A DNA stretch of 64,000 nucleotides, from positions 1-64,000 of the IMG/VR virus record IMGVR_UViG_3300042541_001664. One strand, 5' to 3'. Every line of letters starts with the position of its first letter. Within the stretch, counting starts at the first letter, position 1. The notes under the pieces are model-generated. The model saw only the letters and a list, made by a program, of their open reading frames with translations. It searched no databases and was not told the origin of the DNA. The position numbers and the translations under genes are program-made. The DNA comes from a virus. Positions 18,706-27,699 of this stretch are shown here, one piece after another.

Positions 18706-19119
18706 ATGAAATTAATTGTTAGTAAACAACAATTAGATATCTTGTTAAAATCAATAAATGATTTAGATAGTTTAAAAAAACTAAAAAACTGGTTTAAAAA
18801 AACTAATACATTTATACAAGATAATTGGGAGAAATTACAAGACTCCACAAAGTTAGAAAAAGAAGAAACAATAATTGCATTTTCTATCTTAAAAAAACAT
18901 ATTTTAAACCAAGGTGTGACATCCAAAGAATTGGCCTTTTTAAAGAACCAATCCTTGGATCTTGTAAAGATATTTTTCCTAATATGCACTAGGTTTGTCC
19001 CCCTACCTTTACCAATACTACCGACATTAATCTGGATTTCCAAGAAAACAAAATTTAACTTTTTTCCAAACTCTCATTTAAAAAATGGCGATGAAACAAA
19101 AAACCCCAACCTTAATTAG
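18706..19119 (+). CDS. Hypothetical protein
   Basis: 137 aa; MKLIVSKQQL start; Pro-rich hydrophobic C-terminal segment. Confidence 0.65.
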   Translation: MKLIVSKQQLDILLKSINDLDSLKKLKNWFKKTNTFIQDNWEKLQDSTKLEKEETIIAFSILKKHILNQGVTSKELAFLKNQSLDLVKIFFLICTRFVPLPLPILPTLIWISKKTKFNFFPNSHLKNGDETKNPNLN

Positions 19120-19149
19120 GTTAGGGTCAATATAAAAGATTATAAGATG

Positions 19150-19419
19150 CTACAAATTTTCTATTTCTTTTAAATATTCAGTTACTTCATCTTTACTTAA
19201 ACTTGAAAGAACATCATTTGTGATTGGTGTGTCTGTTGTTATTGTACCATTTTGCAAAACTGCTAATTCGTAATAGGCATCATCCATATCCTCATCTTCA
19301 TCAACTTCTGTTATAACAGAAGCACCATAACCATTATCAAATTCAATTTGTGCCCTCATTTTTGGTCTTCCTCTAAAAGAAGGTACTTCTTCAAAATTTA
19401 AATCATTAAAAGTAATCAT
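19150..19419 (-). CDS. Phage hypothetical protein (FDNGYGASVI...YELAVL)
   Basis: Start trimmed to ATG 19419 because the longer ORF overlaps tRNA-Pro. Confidence 0.75.
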   Translation of the reverse strand: MITFNDLNFEEVPSFRGRPKMRAQIEFDNGYGASVITEVDEDEDMDDAYYELAVLQNGTITTDTPITNDVLSSLSKDEVTEYLKEIENL

Positions 19420-19448
19420 AATAAAATTTTTTAAATTGTTAATTATTG

Positions 19449-19522
19449 TTAGGATGATAGGATTTGAACCTACAACATCTTGCTCCCAAAGCAAGTACTC
19501 TACCGGGTTGAGCTACATCCTA
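19449..19522 (-). tRNA. tRNA-Pro(TGG), CCA not encoded
   Basis: Acceptor TAGGATG/CATCCTA; anticodon arm CTTGC-TTTGGGA-GCAAG; T arm GTAGG-TTCAAAT-CCTAT. Confidence 0.92.
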
Positions 19523-19528
19523 ATTTAG

Positions 19529-19601
19529 TTGCGGAGAGTAGATTCGAACTACTGTCTCTGGGTTATGAGCCCAGTATACTAACCAATTATACGACCCCGC
19601 C
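19529..19601 (-). tRNA. Initiator tRNA-fMet(CAT), CCA not encoded
   Basis: Anticodon arm CTGGG-CTCATAA-CCCAG with three G-C pairs; 1:72 mismatch; GTTCGAAT T loop. Confidence 0.9.
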
Positions 19602-19609
19602 ATTTTTTT

Positions 19610-19768
19610 CTATGAGTAATAAAAATTAATATACTCTGGATTTTCTAAATCCATTCTCCTTAATTTTTTATAATTATATCTTTTAAAGAATTTCTTAACA
19701 CTTGTTGACATTTTTGCCTTTTTTAAAGAACATTGTTCACAAGTACATGCTTTTAATGGATCCTTCAT
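19610..19768 (-). CDS. Small basic Cys-containing protein (CTCEQC)
   Basis: 52 aa from ATG 19768, downstream of a host-type promoter. Confidence 0.5.
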   Translation of the reverse strand: MKDPLKACTCEQCSLKKAKMSTSVKKFFKRYNYKKLRRMDLENPEYINFYYS

Positions 19769-19792
19769 TTTGTTATTGTTTTTATTACTACA

Positions 19793-19824
19793 CAAAGATA
19801 GAGTTTATTTTTTATAAAGTCAAA
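19793..19824 (-). promoter_or_regulatory. Bacteroidota primary-sigma promoter upstream of the small ORF and tRNAs
   Basis: TTTG-N20-TATCTTTG. Confidence 0.75.
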
Positions 19825-19832
19825 TCTTCACA

Positions 19833-20108
19833 TTAAATATCTGATAAAATATTTTTTAACGCTTCAATTGTGGATTTATTACCAGCTTTTACATTCCACT
19901 GGGTTGTATTTTCATAATCAGTATAACTATAATCATTATAAATCTTAGCAATCCCATCATCAAATTGTATTTTCCACATAATATTTGTACCCTCAGTAAA
20001 AGTGGGCATCCCAAAGGTGTTTTCAATTATATGATAAGGTATATTAACCAAACTTTTTTCTTTTAGTCCAGTTATATTTATATCCTTTCCGACTGTAAAA
20101 TTACTCAT
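19833..20108 (-). CDS. Hypothetical protein
   Basis: 91 aa ORF. Confidence 0.65.
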   Translation of the reverse strand: MSNFTVGKDINITGLKEKSLVNIPYHIIENTFGMPTFTEGTNIMWKIQFDDGIAKIYNDYSYTDYENTTQWNVKAGNKSTIEALKNILSDI

Positions 20109-20120
20109 AATTAATTTTGT

Positions 20121-20495
20121 TTAGTTATATCCAAAGAGTTCGTCTAATTCATTTTTAGTTAACGAAATAAAACTTTTTTTATTTTTAAATTTAACAAAAA
20201 TTAAAATTTCATCTTCTTTAATATTAGATATTTTAACGTAGTACTTACCAAAATTATTTTTGTAAGACTTATTAGTTAATAAAACATTTTTAAAATCAGA
20301 ATAAATACGATGTAATTCTTCATTATTTGCATTAAATTCTATTACACCCAAATCCCTTGGGTTTTTAGTTTTTTCATTATCAAAAACTAAAAAATACTCA
20401 TATTTATCTCTAACCAATAAGTCGCATTTAAATTGTGAAAACAATATAATAGGACTAATAGTTAAAACTACAATTAATAGTATTTTACTTCTCAT
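20121..20495 (-). CDS. Hypothetical secreted protein
   Basis: Likely start MRSKILLIVVLTISPIILFSQ (Bacteroidota-style signal ending S-Q). Confidence 0.6.
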   Translation of the reverse strand: MRSKILLIVVLTISPIILFSQFKCDLLVRDKYEYFLVFDNEKTKNPRDLGVIEFNANNEELHRIYSDFKNVLLTNKSYKNNFGKYYVKISNIKEDEILIFVKFKNKKSFISLTKNELDELFGYN

Positions 20496-21102
20496 TATTG
20501 ATGATATCATAGTAGTAAGAATTTGTGTTTTCAGAAACCCATCTATCAGAAACGGATTCAACAGATGGTATATGTGTATCTACTTTTATATCTTTTAAAG
20601 GCATTGGAAATTCACTAGTTACCCAATTTGAATCTTTCCAGATAATCCTATTGTTAGGCATTGCCAACAAATAACCCTCGTCAGAAAACAAAATATGGGC
20701 ACATTTATAGTCAGATGGTTCTTCTGATGAAGCATTATTAAACCAATCAACAGTAAACATATAATTCCCCCAAGTTTTGGTTTTGTCTCTTAAAATGATT
20801 TCACATTTTAAGCCTTCCAGATATTCAAATTTCATTACCTCGCAATTTTCAGAAAAACAATCCCATAATTGCTTAAAATGAAAAGGAACATCATTTTTTG
20901 GCTCAAACATAAAAACCTCTGATAATGGCACTCTACTTCTTAACATCCCATAATCAGTCATAACGTGGAATGTTATTATTTTGTTTTGAACAGATTGCAA
21001 TCCGAAAACAAATACCGAGTCAAATGTATTAAAATCAGTTTCCTCTTTTGTAAACCAACTTCTTCTAACAAACGCTTTAAATTCTGGAATATTATGATTC
21101 AT
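20485..21102 (-). CDS. Phage hypothetical protein
   Basis: 205 aa; QLWDCFS, YMFTVDW, PNNRIIW motifs. Confidence 0.75.
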   Translation of the reverse strand: MNHNIPEFKAFVRRSWFTKEETDFNTFDSVFVFGLQSVQNKIITFHVMTDYGMLRSRVPLSEVFMFEPKNDVPFHFKQLWDCFSENCEVMKFEYLEGLKCEIILRDKTKTWGNYMFTVDWFNNASSEEPSDYKCAHILFSDEGYLLAMPNNRIIWKDSNWVTSEFPMPLKDIKVDTHIPSVESVSDRWVSENTNSYYYDIINNEK

Positions 21103-21114
21103 ATATTTCTATTA

Positions 21115-21666
21115 TTAATCAAATCCTTCGTCATATTCATCATTTATTATTTCACCTTTTATAAATCCAGGCTTAATCATTTCTATTATTTCATCATCAG
21201 ATTTGGAGGCTAAAACTGTTGAGTTTATATGTAAATAACCCCCAACCTCTAATCCTTTTGGTAGAGAATGTAAACTAGATCCATCTAAATGTAAATCGCC
21301 ACCAACTTTTAATCCTTTTGGTAATGAAAAAATATATTGACAACTTGCTAAAATTAAATCACCCCCAACTTCTAACCCTTCTGGTAATGACCTTATATCT
21401 GACTCCTCTAATACTAAGTGACTATTAACTATTAAACCTTTTGGGAGTGTTTCTATTTCTGAATATGATAAATCCAATTCACCATCAACTCTTAATCCTT
21501 CTGGTAATGATTTTATTTCTGATTGTGTTAAATACAAATCACCTTTAATATGTAAATCATCTTCTGTTAATGGTATATTATTTTCCCATTTCCACAAAAA
21601 CGGTGTTTTTATTTTTTCATTCTTTTCAAGAAAAGAAAATATATTCTTTAATGTTTCTTTTTCCAT
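21115..21666 (-). CDS. Capped LRR family protein, 5 repeats (singleton)
   Basis: MEKETLKNIF cap; KPGFIKGEII plus acidic tail. Confidence 0.9.
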   Translation of the reverse strand: MEKETLKNIFSFLEKNEKIKTPFLWKWENNIPLTEDDLHIKGDLYLTQSEIKSLPEGLRVDGELDLSYSEIETLPKGLIVNSHLVLEESDIRSLPEGLEVGGDLILASCQYIFSLPKGLKVGGDLHLDGSSLHSLPKGLEVGGYLHINSTVLASKSDDEIIEMIKPGFIKGEIINDEYDEGFD

Positions 21667-21684
21667 TATTTATTCAAAATAATT

Positions 21685-22272
21685 TTACCACGCTCTACAA
21701 CTCCAATATCTTGCTTTGGTTTTTGGTCCAGGATTATCACAATTGTGTCTTGCTCTAAAATTTTTTCTTCTTTCTGGGTTTGATTTTTTAATTCTCATCA
21801 CTTTACCTTTTGCAGATGTTCCACCAAATCCAAAATTAACTTTTATTACATTACCTTTTTCATTTTTAACAAAAACTTTAAATTTTTTCACATCCCCCTG
21901 CATAGGTTTATTTAAAGTGACTGTTCTTCCTTTGTATTTTGCTTCATTTAGATTTTCAGACTCATCTTCAATTGGAGCATCCAGATAAACCATTTTACCC
22001 TCATACAAGCCAATTCTGCCAATATCAGATAAAACTATTTGTTCATCTTCTTCATTTAATTGGATTAAATTATGCATCCATAAATCTCTAACTTCATTTA
22101 TCAAATCAAAATATTTTTCAGAATAAACCTTAAAAACATTATTTGATAGAGTAAAACCATTTTCAATATGGTATTGTAATTCTTCAGATATTTTTGTATC
22201 TTCTAATAGAACTAATGTTTTATTTAGTTCTTTAATTAAATTTTCTTTAATTATTTTAGTTAAATTAGACAT
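21685..22272 (-). CDS. Phage protein with an acidic N-terminal part and a basic C-terminal domain (RKNFRARHNC...RYWSCRAW)
   Basis: Internal LNEA junction precedes the basic domain; ATATTTAT at 22291-22298. Confidence 0.75.
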   Translation of the reverse strand: MSNLTKIIKENLIKELNKTLVLLEDTKISEELQYHIENGFTLSNNVFKVYSEKYFDLINEVRDLWMHNLIQLNEEDEQIVLSDIGRIGLYEGKMVYLDAPIEDESENLNEAKYKGRTVTLNKPMQGDVKKFKVFVKNEKGNVIKVNFGFGGTSAKGKVMRIKKSNPERRKNFRARHNCDNPGPKTKARYWSCRAW

Positions 22273-22360
22273 AATTATTATATTTTTATTATAAATATAT
22301 CCATATTATAATAATTATAGTTATAACTAATATAGTTATTAATAATATTAATCATAAAAA

Positions 22361-22987
22361 ATGGAACTGTCAACTGTCAAAGAAAAATTATTAGGAGTAA
22401 TCCCAAATCAAGTTATTAATGAATTAGATATTATATTTGATAAATATGAAATTAACACAATTTTACGAATTTCCCACTTTTTGGCACAATGTGCCCATGA
22501 ATCTGGAAATTTTTCTGTAAAACAAGAAAATTTAAACTACTCAGCCAAAAGATTGCAAGAAGTATTTGGGAAATATTTTACAACACACGCAAAAGCATTG
22601 TTATATGAAAGAAAACCAGTGAAAATTGCAAGTCTGGTATATGGCAATAGAATGGGAAATGGTGATGAACAAAGCATTGAAGGATACAAATATCGAGGTA
22701 GGGGTTACATACAATTAACAGGAAAGAATAATTATTTATTGTTTGACAAATCATTAAATGAAACTGGTTTGGAGGTTGATATCATTGGTAATCCTGATTT
22801 GGTTGCTACAACATATCCATTGATTTCTGCTGCTTGGTTTTTTAACAAAAATAATTTGAATGAGATTGCTGATCTCGGAGGGACAAAAGAGATAATTACA
22901 AGAGTTACAAAGAAAGTAAATGGCGGAACGCACGGACTAGAATCAAGAATTTCTTATTTCAATAAATTTTTTAAAAAAATAAATTAA
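22361..22987 (+). CDS. Glycoside hydrolase family 19 endolysin
   Basis: HFLAQCAHESG, ENLNYS, YRGRGYIQLTGKNNY, VNGGTHGL. Confidence 0.92.
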   Translation: MELSTVKEKLLGVIPNQVINELDIIFDKYEINTILRISHFLAQCAHESGNFSVKQENLNYSAKRLQEVFGKYFTTHAKALLYERKPVKIASLVYGNRMGNGDEQSIEGYKYRGRGYIQLTGKNNYLLFDKSLNETGLEVDIIGNPDLVATTYPLISAAWFFNKNNLNEIADLGGTKEIITRVTKKVNGGTHGLESRISYFNKFFKKIN

Positions 22988-22989
22988 AA

Positions 22990-24795
22990 ATGAAAAAATT
23001 AAATTTAATATTGATATTTTCAATATTATCATTTGTATTATTCTCTCAAAAGAATAAACCAATATCTATTTTCTTTGAAACAAATTCAAAGGAGTTAAGG
23101 TCAACATCGCACAACTATGCGACCCCCCTCATATTAAACAAAAATAATATTAGGGAAATTATAAATAATAATTTGGATTCCCTAACAATAGAATTACCAA
23201 CACCAGAAGGTATTAAAATCCTTCAATTAACCAGAATGGAAATATATGTGGATAACCCAAAGATATATTCTGAATGTAACACCATATACGAGCCACAATC
23301 ACTTATTTATTCTGGGAAGGTTCAAGGTAATGATAGTGCATTTGCGTCTGTTGTAATCAACGACAATAGTTTCCAGACCTATATTATGGGTGATGGTGAG
23401 GGTTGGATTTTTGGCCCAGTAGAGAAGGGATTTCACGGTGTTTGGCATGAATTGGATGTGAAGCAGACAAAAGAGTTCAAATGTGTTTTACCAAATGAGG
23501 AGGAGTTTTTTAAAGAAACTCCAATGTTTGAATATAACCAAGAAAAATCAAATAAAATCAAAATTATAACAATGTATTTTGAGGCTGATTATGATATGAT
23601 TGAAAAACTTGGTTCAGGAAAAGAAGTTATTAAATTTATTGAAAACATATTTGCACAAACTCATTTAATTTATTTAAAGGAGGGAGTTAATATTAAAATT
23701 GCAAGGTTTAAATTATGGGATAGACCAAGTGGTTATAATTATGAAGGAATTAATATGTTATATTCTTTTGCCAATCAGTTTAAATCAGAGGATCAATTAC
23801 CTGAAACATTTGGGCAGTTGGTATCGTTAAGAGATGGATTGGGTGTTGCCTTTCTTAGTTCACTTTGTGATATTGCAAAATGGAGAACAAGTTATGCTGG
23901 TCTGGATATGGAAACAGGTATATTCCCAAATTATTCTTGGAATACAACAGTAATGACCCATGAGATTGGGCATTTACTTGGTTCACCCCACACACACGCT
24001 TGTTGGTGGAACGGAAATGGAACAGCATTGGATGGTTGTTGGTTTGTTGAACAAACAGGCCCAGTAAAATGTCCAGAGTTGGGTGTTACGCCCCAAACAA
24101 AGGGGACAATAATGTCATATTGTCATTTGAATCAAAATGTAGGTATAAATTATAAGTGGGGATTTGGTGAACAACCAGGGAATAAGATAAGGAGAAACAT
24201 AGCAGAAGCTATTTGTTTACCACTTGTAAGTATTCCTAATGATTGTAGCAAAGAAGATTCAACATATTCAAAAATAAAAATAGAAATAGATAGAAATGGT
24301 TTTTTTGAAGATTTTTATTACAACATAAAACAAGATGGGGTTACAATTGTTGATTATAATAAAAACATAAAAAGATTATCAAATGATACAATAATATGTT
24401 TGAAAAAAGATTCTTGTTTTACGCTAACTCTGATACATAATGCAAAAGCACCTTTCAAAAATAAAATTAATTTTAGAATATTGAATGGCTTTGATACTTT
24501 ATTTCAAGTAAATAATGTGTATATTATAAATGATACGATAAAAATATGCCCAAAAATTGAAGCTGAAAAGTATATTAGTAGAATTATTAATAATAACTAT
24601 TGGGTTAACAATTATGATCCTGAATTATTACCATCTGATAGATGGGTTTTATATAATTTTTTGGGTCAAAAAGTATTAGAGGGGGTTGGAAAGTTCAATT
24701 TAAATACCGAGGAAAGAAATATTGAAACTGGGCTATATGTTTTAACAAAAAACAATGTATTTCACAATAAATATTTTATAAAAAAAATAAATTAA
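22990..24795 (+). CDS. Secreted reprolysin-like (M12) zinc metalloprotease with a T9SS-like C-terminal domain
   Basis: Signal peptide; HEIGHLLGSPH; Met-turn TIMSY; C-terminal YNFLGQKV...GLYVL...KYFIKK. Confidence 0.82.
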   Translation: MKKLNLILIFSILSFVLFSQKNKPISIFFETNSKELRSTSHNYATPLILNKNNIREIINNNLDSLTIELPTPEGIKILQLTRMEIYVDNPKIYSECNTIYEPQSLIYSGKVQGNDSAFASVVINDNSFQTYIMGDGEGWIFGPVEKGFHGVWHELDVKQTKEFKCVLPNEEEFFKETPMFEYNQEKSNKIKIITMYFEADYDMIEKLGSGKEVIKFIENIFAQTHLIYLKEGVNIKIARFKLWDRPSGYNYEGINMLYSFANQFKSEDQLPETFGQLVSLRDGLGVAFLSSLCDIAKWRTSYAGLDMETGIFPNYSWNTTVMTHEIGHLLGSPHTHACWWNGNGTALDGCWFVEQTGPVKCPELGVTPQTKGTIMSYCHLNQNVGINYKWGFGEQPGNKIRRNIAEAICLPLVSIPNDCSKEDSTYSKIKIEIDRNGFFEDFYYNIKQDGVTIVDYNKNIKRLSNDTIICLKKDSCFTLTLIHNAKAPFKNKINFRILNGFDTLFQVNNVYIINDTIKICPKIEAEKYISRIINNNYWVNNYDPELLPSDRWVLYNFLGQKVLEGVGKFNLNTEERNIETGLYVLTKNNVFHNKYFIKKIN

Positions 24796-24885
24796 ATTGA
24801 CTTTTTATAGAAAATAAGATATTTATGTATTATTTTAAATAACACTCCTCCATCTTTGGAGTTTATATATCCAATTTTCCTAAAA

Positions 24886-24921
24886 AGACCTAGCAATAAA
24901 TTTGTTGGGTCTATTTTTTTT
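24886..24921 (+). terminator. Intrinsic terminator
   Basis: AGACCTAGCAA/TTGTTGGGTCT stem with G-U pairs followed by a T8 run. Confidence 0.65.
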
Positions 24922-24931
24922 CGTATATTTG
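24901..24931 (+). promoter_or_regulatory. Bacteroidota primary-sigma promoter
   Basis: TTTG-N19-TATATTTG. Confidence 0.7.
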
Positions 24932-24957
24932 CAAACTAAACAAATAAAATAACACAA

Positions 24958-25329
24958 ATGAATAAATTAATTAATTTTATTAAATGCCTCTGGAAATTCG
25001 GACCAACATTTTGGAATTACCCATATTGGGACTATACTTTTATGTTAAAAAGTATGAAAAATTCAACAGAATTAATGCTGGATTCGTATATTAAAAACAA
25101 AATAGATAATGAGGATACAAAAAATCTAAAAAGAATTATTTACTTGTTAGATAATGCAATAAATGATGTGTATTATTTAAGTAATTCGAGTGATTTTGCT
25201 AATTCTGACGCATATGCTCGTAATATTAAGGAAATGATTAAAAAAGAGGAAAGAGATTGGGAGGAATTATTTGAAAGATTAAAAGGAAATTCAAAAGGAA
25301 TAGAAGGAATAAAATCTTGGTGGGTATAA
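24958..25329 (+). CDS. Hypothetical protein
   Basis: 123 aa; WDY motif; WW near the C-terminus. Confidence 0.7.
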   Translation: MNKLINFIKCLWKFGPTFWNYPYWDYTFMLKSMKNSTELMLDSYIKNKIDNEDTKNLKRIIYLLDNAINDVYYLSNSSDFANSDAYARNIKEMIKKEERDWEELFERLKGNSKGIEGIKSWWV

Positions 25330-25340
25330 AAACAAAAACA

Positions 25341-26006
25341 ATGAAAATAACATTTATTTCAGACACTCATAATAAGCACAAAGAATTAACAGATAACAAT
25401 TTGTTAATTGGTGGTGATGTCATTATTCATAGTGGTGATATTTCAGGTCGGGGTTATGAGAATGAGGTAACTAGTTTTTTGGATTGGTTTCAAGATTTGG
25501 ACTACACTCATAAGATATTTATTGCTGGTAATCATGATTTCTGGTTTGAGAAAGCCTTTGATATTGATAAAAAATATAAAGACAAAGGTGTTGTTTATTT
25601 ATTTGACCATTTTGTTAATATAGATGGTTTGAATATCTACGGATCACCTTGGCAACCAGCATTCTTTAACTGGGCATTTAATTTACACACAAGTAAGGAC
25701 TTAAAATATTATTGGGATAAAATACCTGATAATCTGGATGTCCTTATCACACATGGTCCACCAAAGTACACATTAGATGTGTTACCTACTGGAGTCAATG
25801 TTGGATGTGAGGAATTAGCAAAGCGCATTGGGATTGTTAAACCAAAAATACATTGCTTTGGCCATATCCATTCTGGTTATGGAGAAAAATATGTTGATGG
25901 TGTCCAATATTTCAATGCCGCTGTCTTGGGGGAGAATTATAAGTTAACAAATAATCCAATTAATATAGAATATAATATAGAATCAAAGGAAATTGTCTTT
26001 ATTTAA
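25341..26006 (+). CDS. Calcineurin-like metallophosphoesterase
   Basis: ISDTH, HSGD, IAGNHD, THGPP, FGHIH. Confidence 0.9.
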   Translation: MKITFISDTHNKHKELTDNNLLIGGDVIIHSGDISGRGYENEVTSFLDWFQDLDYTHKIFIAGNHDFWFEKAFDIDKKYKDKGVVYLFDHFVNIDGLNIYGSPWQPAFFNWAFNLHTSKDLKYYWDKIPDNLDVLITHGPPKYTLDVLPTGVNVGCEELAKRIGIVKPKIHCFGHIHSGYGEKYVDGVQYFNAAVLGENYKLTNNPINIEYNIESKEIVFI

Positions 26007-26026
26007 AATGTAAACATTTATTATAA

Positions 26027-26057
26027 AAAAGTTTGGGGTAAAAAACCCCAAACTTTT
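26027..26057 (+). terminator. Terminator hairpin
   Basis: AAAAGTTTGGGGT/ACCCCAAACTTTT, 13-bp stem. Confidence 0.7.
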
Positions 26058-26101
26058 CTTATTTAGGATATTTAGCATATTTATAATAAAAGAAAATAGA
26101 T

Positions 26102-26398
26102 ATGGATGAAAATACAATAGCAACAGTATTTGTTACAGCAATAACTGTCTTGGGGTCAGCAAGTGCCTGGAGATTCTATGAAAAAAGGGCTGAAAGACGT
26201 AGAGAAGAAGATAATTTTATCAGAGAAGATTGTAGGGATAGAATTGCTAAACTAGAAGTCTTATTATTAAAAAGTTCAGAAGAAAAAGACCAGATGAGGG
26301 AAACCATTTTGAAATTGGTTGAGCAAGTTTCAGCATTAACAGTAAAAGTTCAATTTTTGGAGGAAGAAAATAAGATGTTAAAGTTAAACAACCATTAA
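26102..26398 (+). CDS. N-terminal TM helix plus coiled-coil protein, possibly lysis-associated
   Basis: Hydrophobic N-terminus, heptad-rich C-terminus; ATATTTAT at 26077-26084. Confidence 0.65.
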   Translation: MDENTIATVFVTAITVLGSASAWRFYEKRAERRREEDNFIREDCRDRIAKLEVLLLKSSEEKDQMRETILKLVEQVSALTVKVQFLEEENKMLKLNNH

Positions 26399-26405
26399 CA
26401 AAACT

Positions 26406-26885
26406 ATGGAAAAACAAACACTAAAAAATATACTTAATTTTCTTGAAGATAATGAAGAAAAAAAACATAAATACAAAAATACATTTATTTGGAAAGATGT
26501 GTTTAATGAGTCATTAACAAAAGAAGATTTAGTTTTTAAAGGTGATTTGTATTTAGAGAATTTAGATATATCAGGATTACCAGAAGGATTACAAGTTGAT
26601 GGAGATTTGAATTTATACTCTTCCCCCATACAAGAATTACCAAAGGGCTTGAAAATTGGGGGAGATTTGGATTTATATGGTTCAGATATAGATAAATTAC
26701 CAGAAGGGTTAAAAGTTGGGCGTGATTTGAACATACAATATTCATTTATTTCATCATTACCAAAAGGTTTAAAAGTATATGGTGATTTGAATATTGATTC
26801 TTCAAAATTATCAAGATTTTCTGATGAAGAATTATCTAAAATGATTATACCTGGATTTATATTAGGAAAAATACATAGACAGTAA
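26406..26885 (+). CDS. Capped LRR family protein, 4 repeats (singleton)
   Basis: MEKQTLKNIL cap; PGFILGKIHRQ C-cap. Confidence 0.9.
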   Translation: MEKQTLKNILNFLEDNEEKKHKYKNTFIWKDVFNESLTKEDLVFKGDLYLENLDISGLPEGLQVDGDLNLYSSPIQELPKGLKIGGDLDLYGSDIDKLPEGLKVGRDLNIQYSFISSLPKGLKVYGDLNIDSSKLSRFSDEELSKMIIPGFILGKIHRQ

Positions 26886-26922
26886 AAATTTAAATATTTT
26901 TCATTATCTTTACAAAAAAAAG

Positions 26923-27120
26923 ATGAAAAAAGAAACCCCAACCAACACGCCAAAGAAATACACCAGAGTGTTTACTGATGAAAATTCAACAACCACTTGG
27001 TTTTATGATGAAGCCATAACAACGAAAGGACCTGTTGAGGTAGTAATAAAGTACAATAGAGTTTACGAAGCCAATTTAAATAAGGAAATAAGTAAAACGG
27101 TTAAAAAGGCAAGGACTTAG
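26923..27120 (+). CDS. Hypothetical protein
   Basis: 65 aa ORF. Confidence 0.6.
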   Translation: MKKETPTNTPKKYTRVFTDENSTTTWFYDEAITTKGPVEVVIKYNRVYEANLNKEISKTVKKART

Positions 27121-27614
27121 TTCTTGCCTTTTATAACACCCAAGCAATGCTTAATGTATTCTCTCCCCCTTGGTGAAACGCTTTCATCATTATAGACTTT
27201 TTCTAAATCTTTAACTAGTTCTTCACCGTGCTTATTTTCTTTATATAATTCAATTATTTTATCCATAGCAGAAACACATTGATTACTTGTTTCATCAAAG
27301 TAATTGTATGGTTTATATTGATTTATCATCTTAGATACTTTAAAGCATAAGTCTTCACCCCTATCGTTTAGGTTTGGTCTTGTTCTCATTGTTTTCAAAG
27401 TTTCAATCATATCTGTTAGTGAATTAATCCCAGATTTTCTAATTTTAATTCCTTCGATATAATCTTCTTGTTCGTCTTCACCAACAATTTCTTCCAGACT
27501 CTTAACATTATTTTTGTGGCAGAATTTTCTATCTTCTTCTTTTGATTTCTCATTAAGATATAGATTTTTTATTCTAATCTTGTCTTCATTACTTATGCTA
27601 AATTTTATACTCAT
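27117..27614 (-). CDS. Hypothetical protein with leader (MSIKFSISNEDKIRIKNLYLNE)
   Basis: Start trimmed to ATG 27614; ATATTTAT at 27637-27644. Confidence 0.7.
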   Translation of the reverse strand: MSIKFSISNEDKIRIKNLYLNEKSKEEDRKFCHKNNVKSLEEIVGEDEQEDYIEGIKIRKSGINSLTDMIETLKTMRTRPNLNDRGEDLCFKVSKMINQYKPYNYFDETSNQCVSAMDKIIELYKENKHGEELVKDLEKVYNDESVSPRGREYIKHCLGVIKGKN

Positions 27615-27699
27615 GTTGTTATTTTTTATTATTACTATAAATATATATTTATTCAAAAAAAATAAATAAAAAACTATTTATCTAAAAAAATATACTAAT

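Noticed and set aside
19420-19494. N-terminal extension of ORF 19150..19494
   Set aside because: Runs through tRNA-Pro; ATG at 19419 is the plausible start
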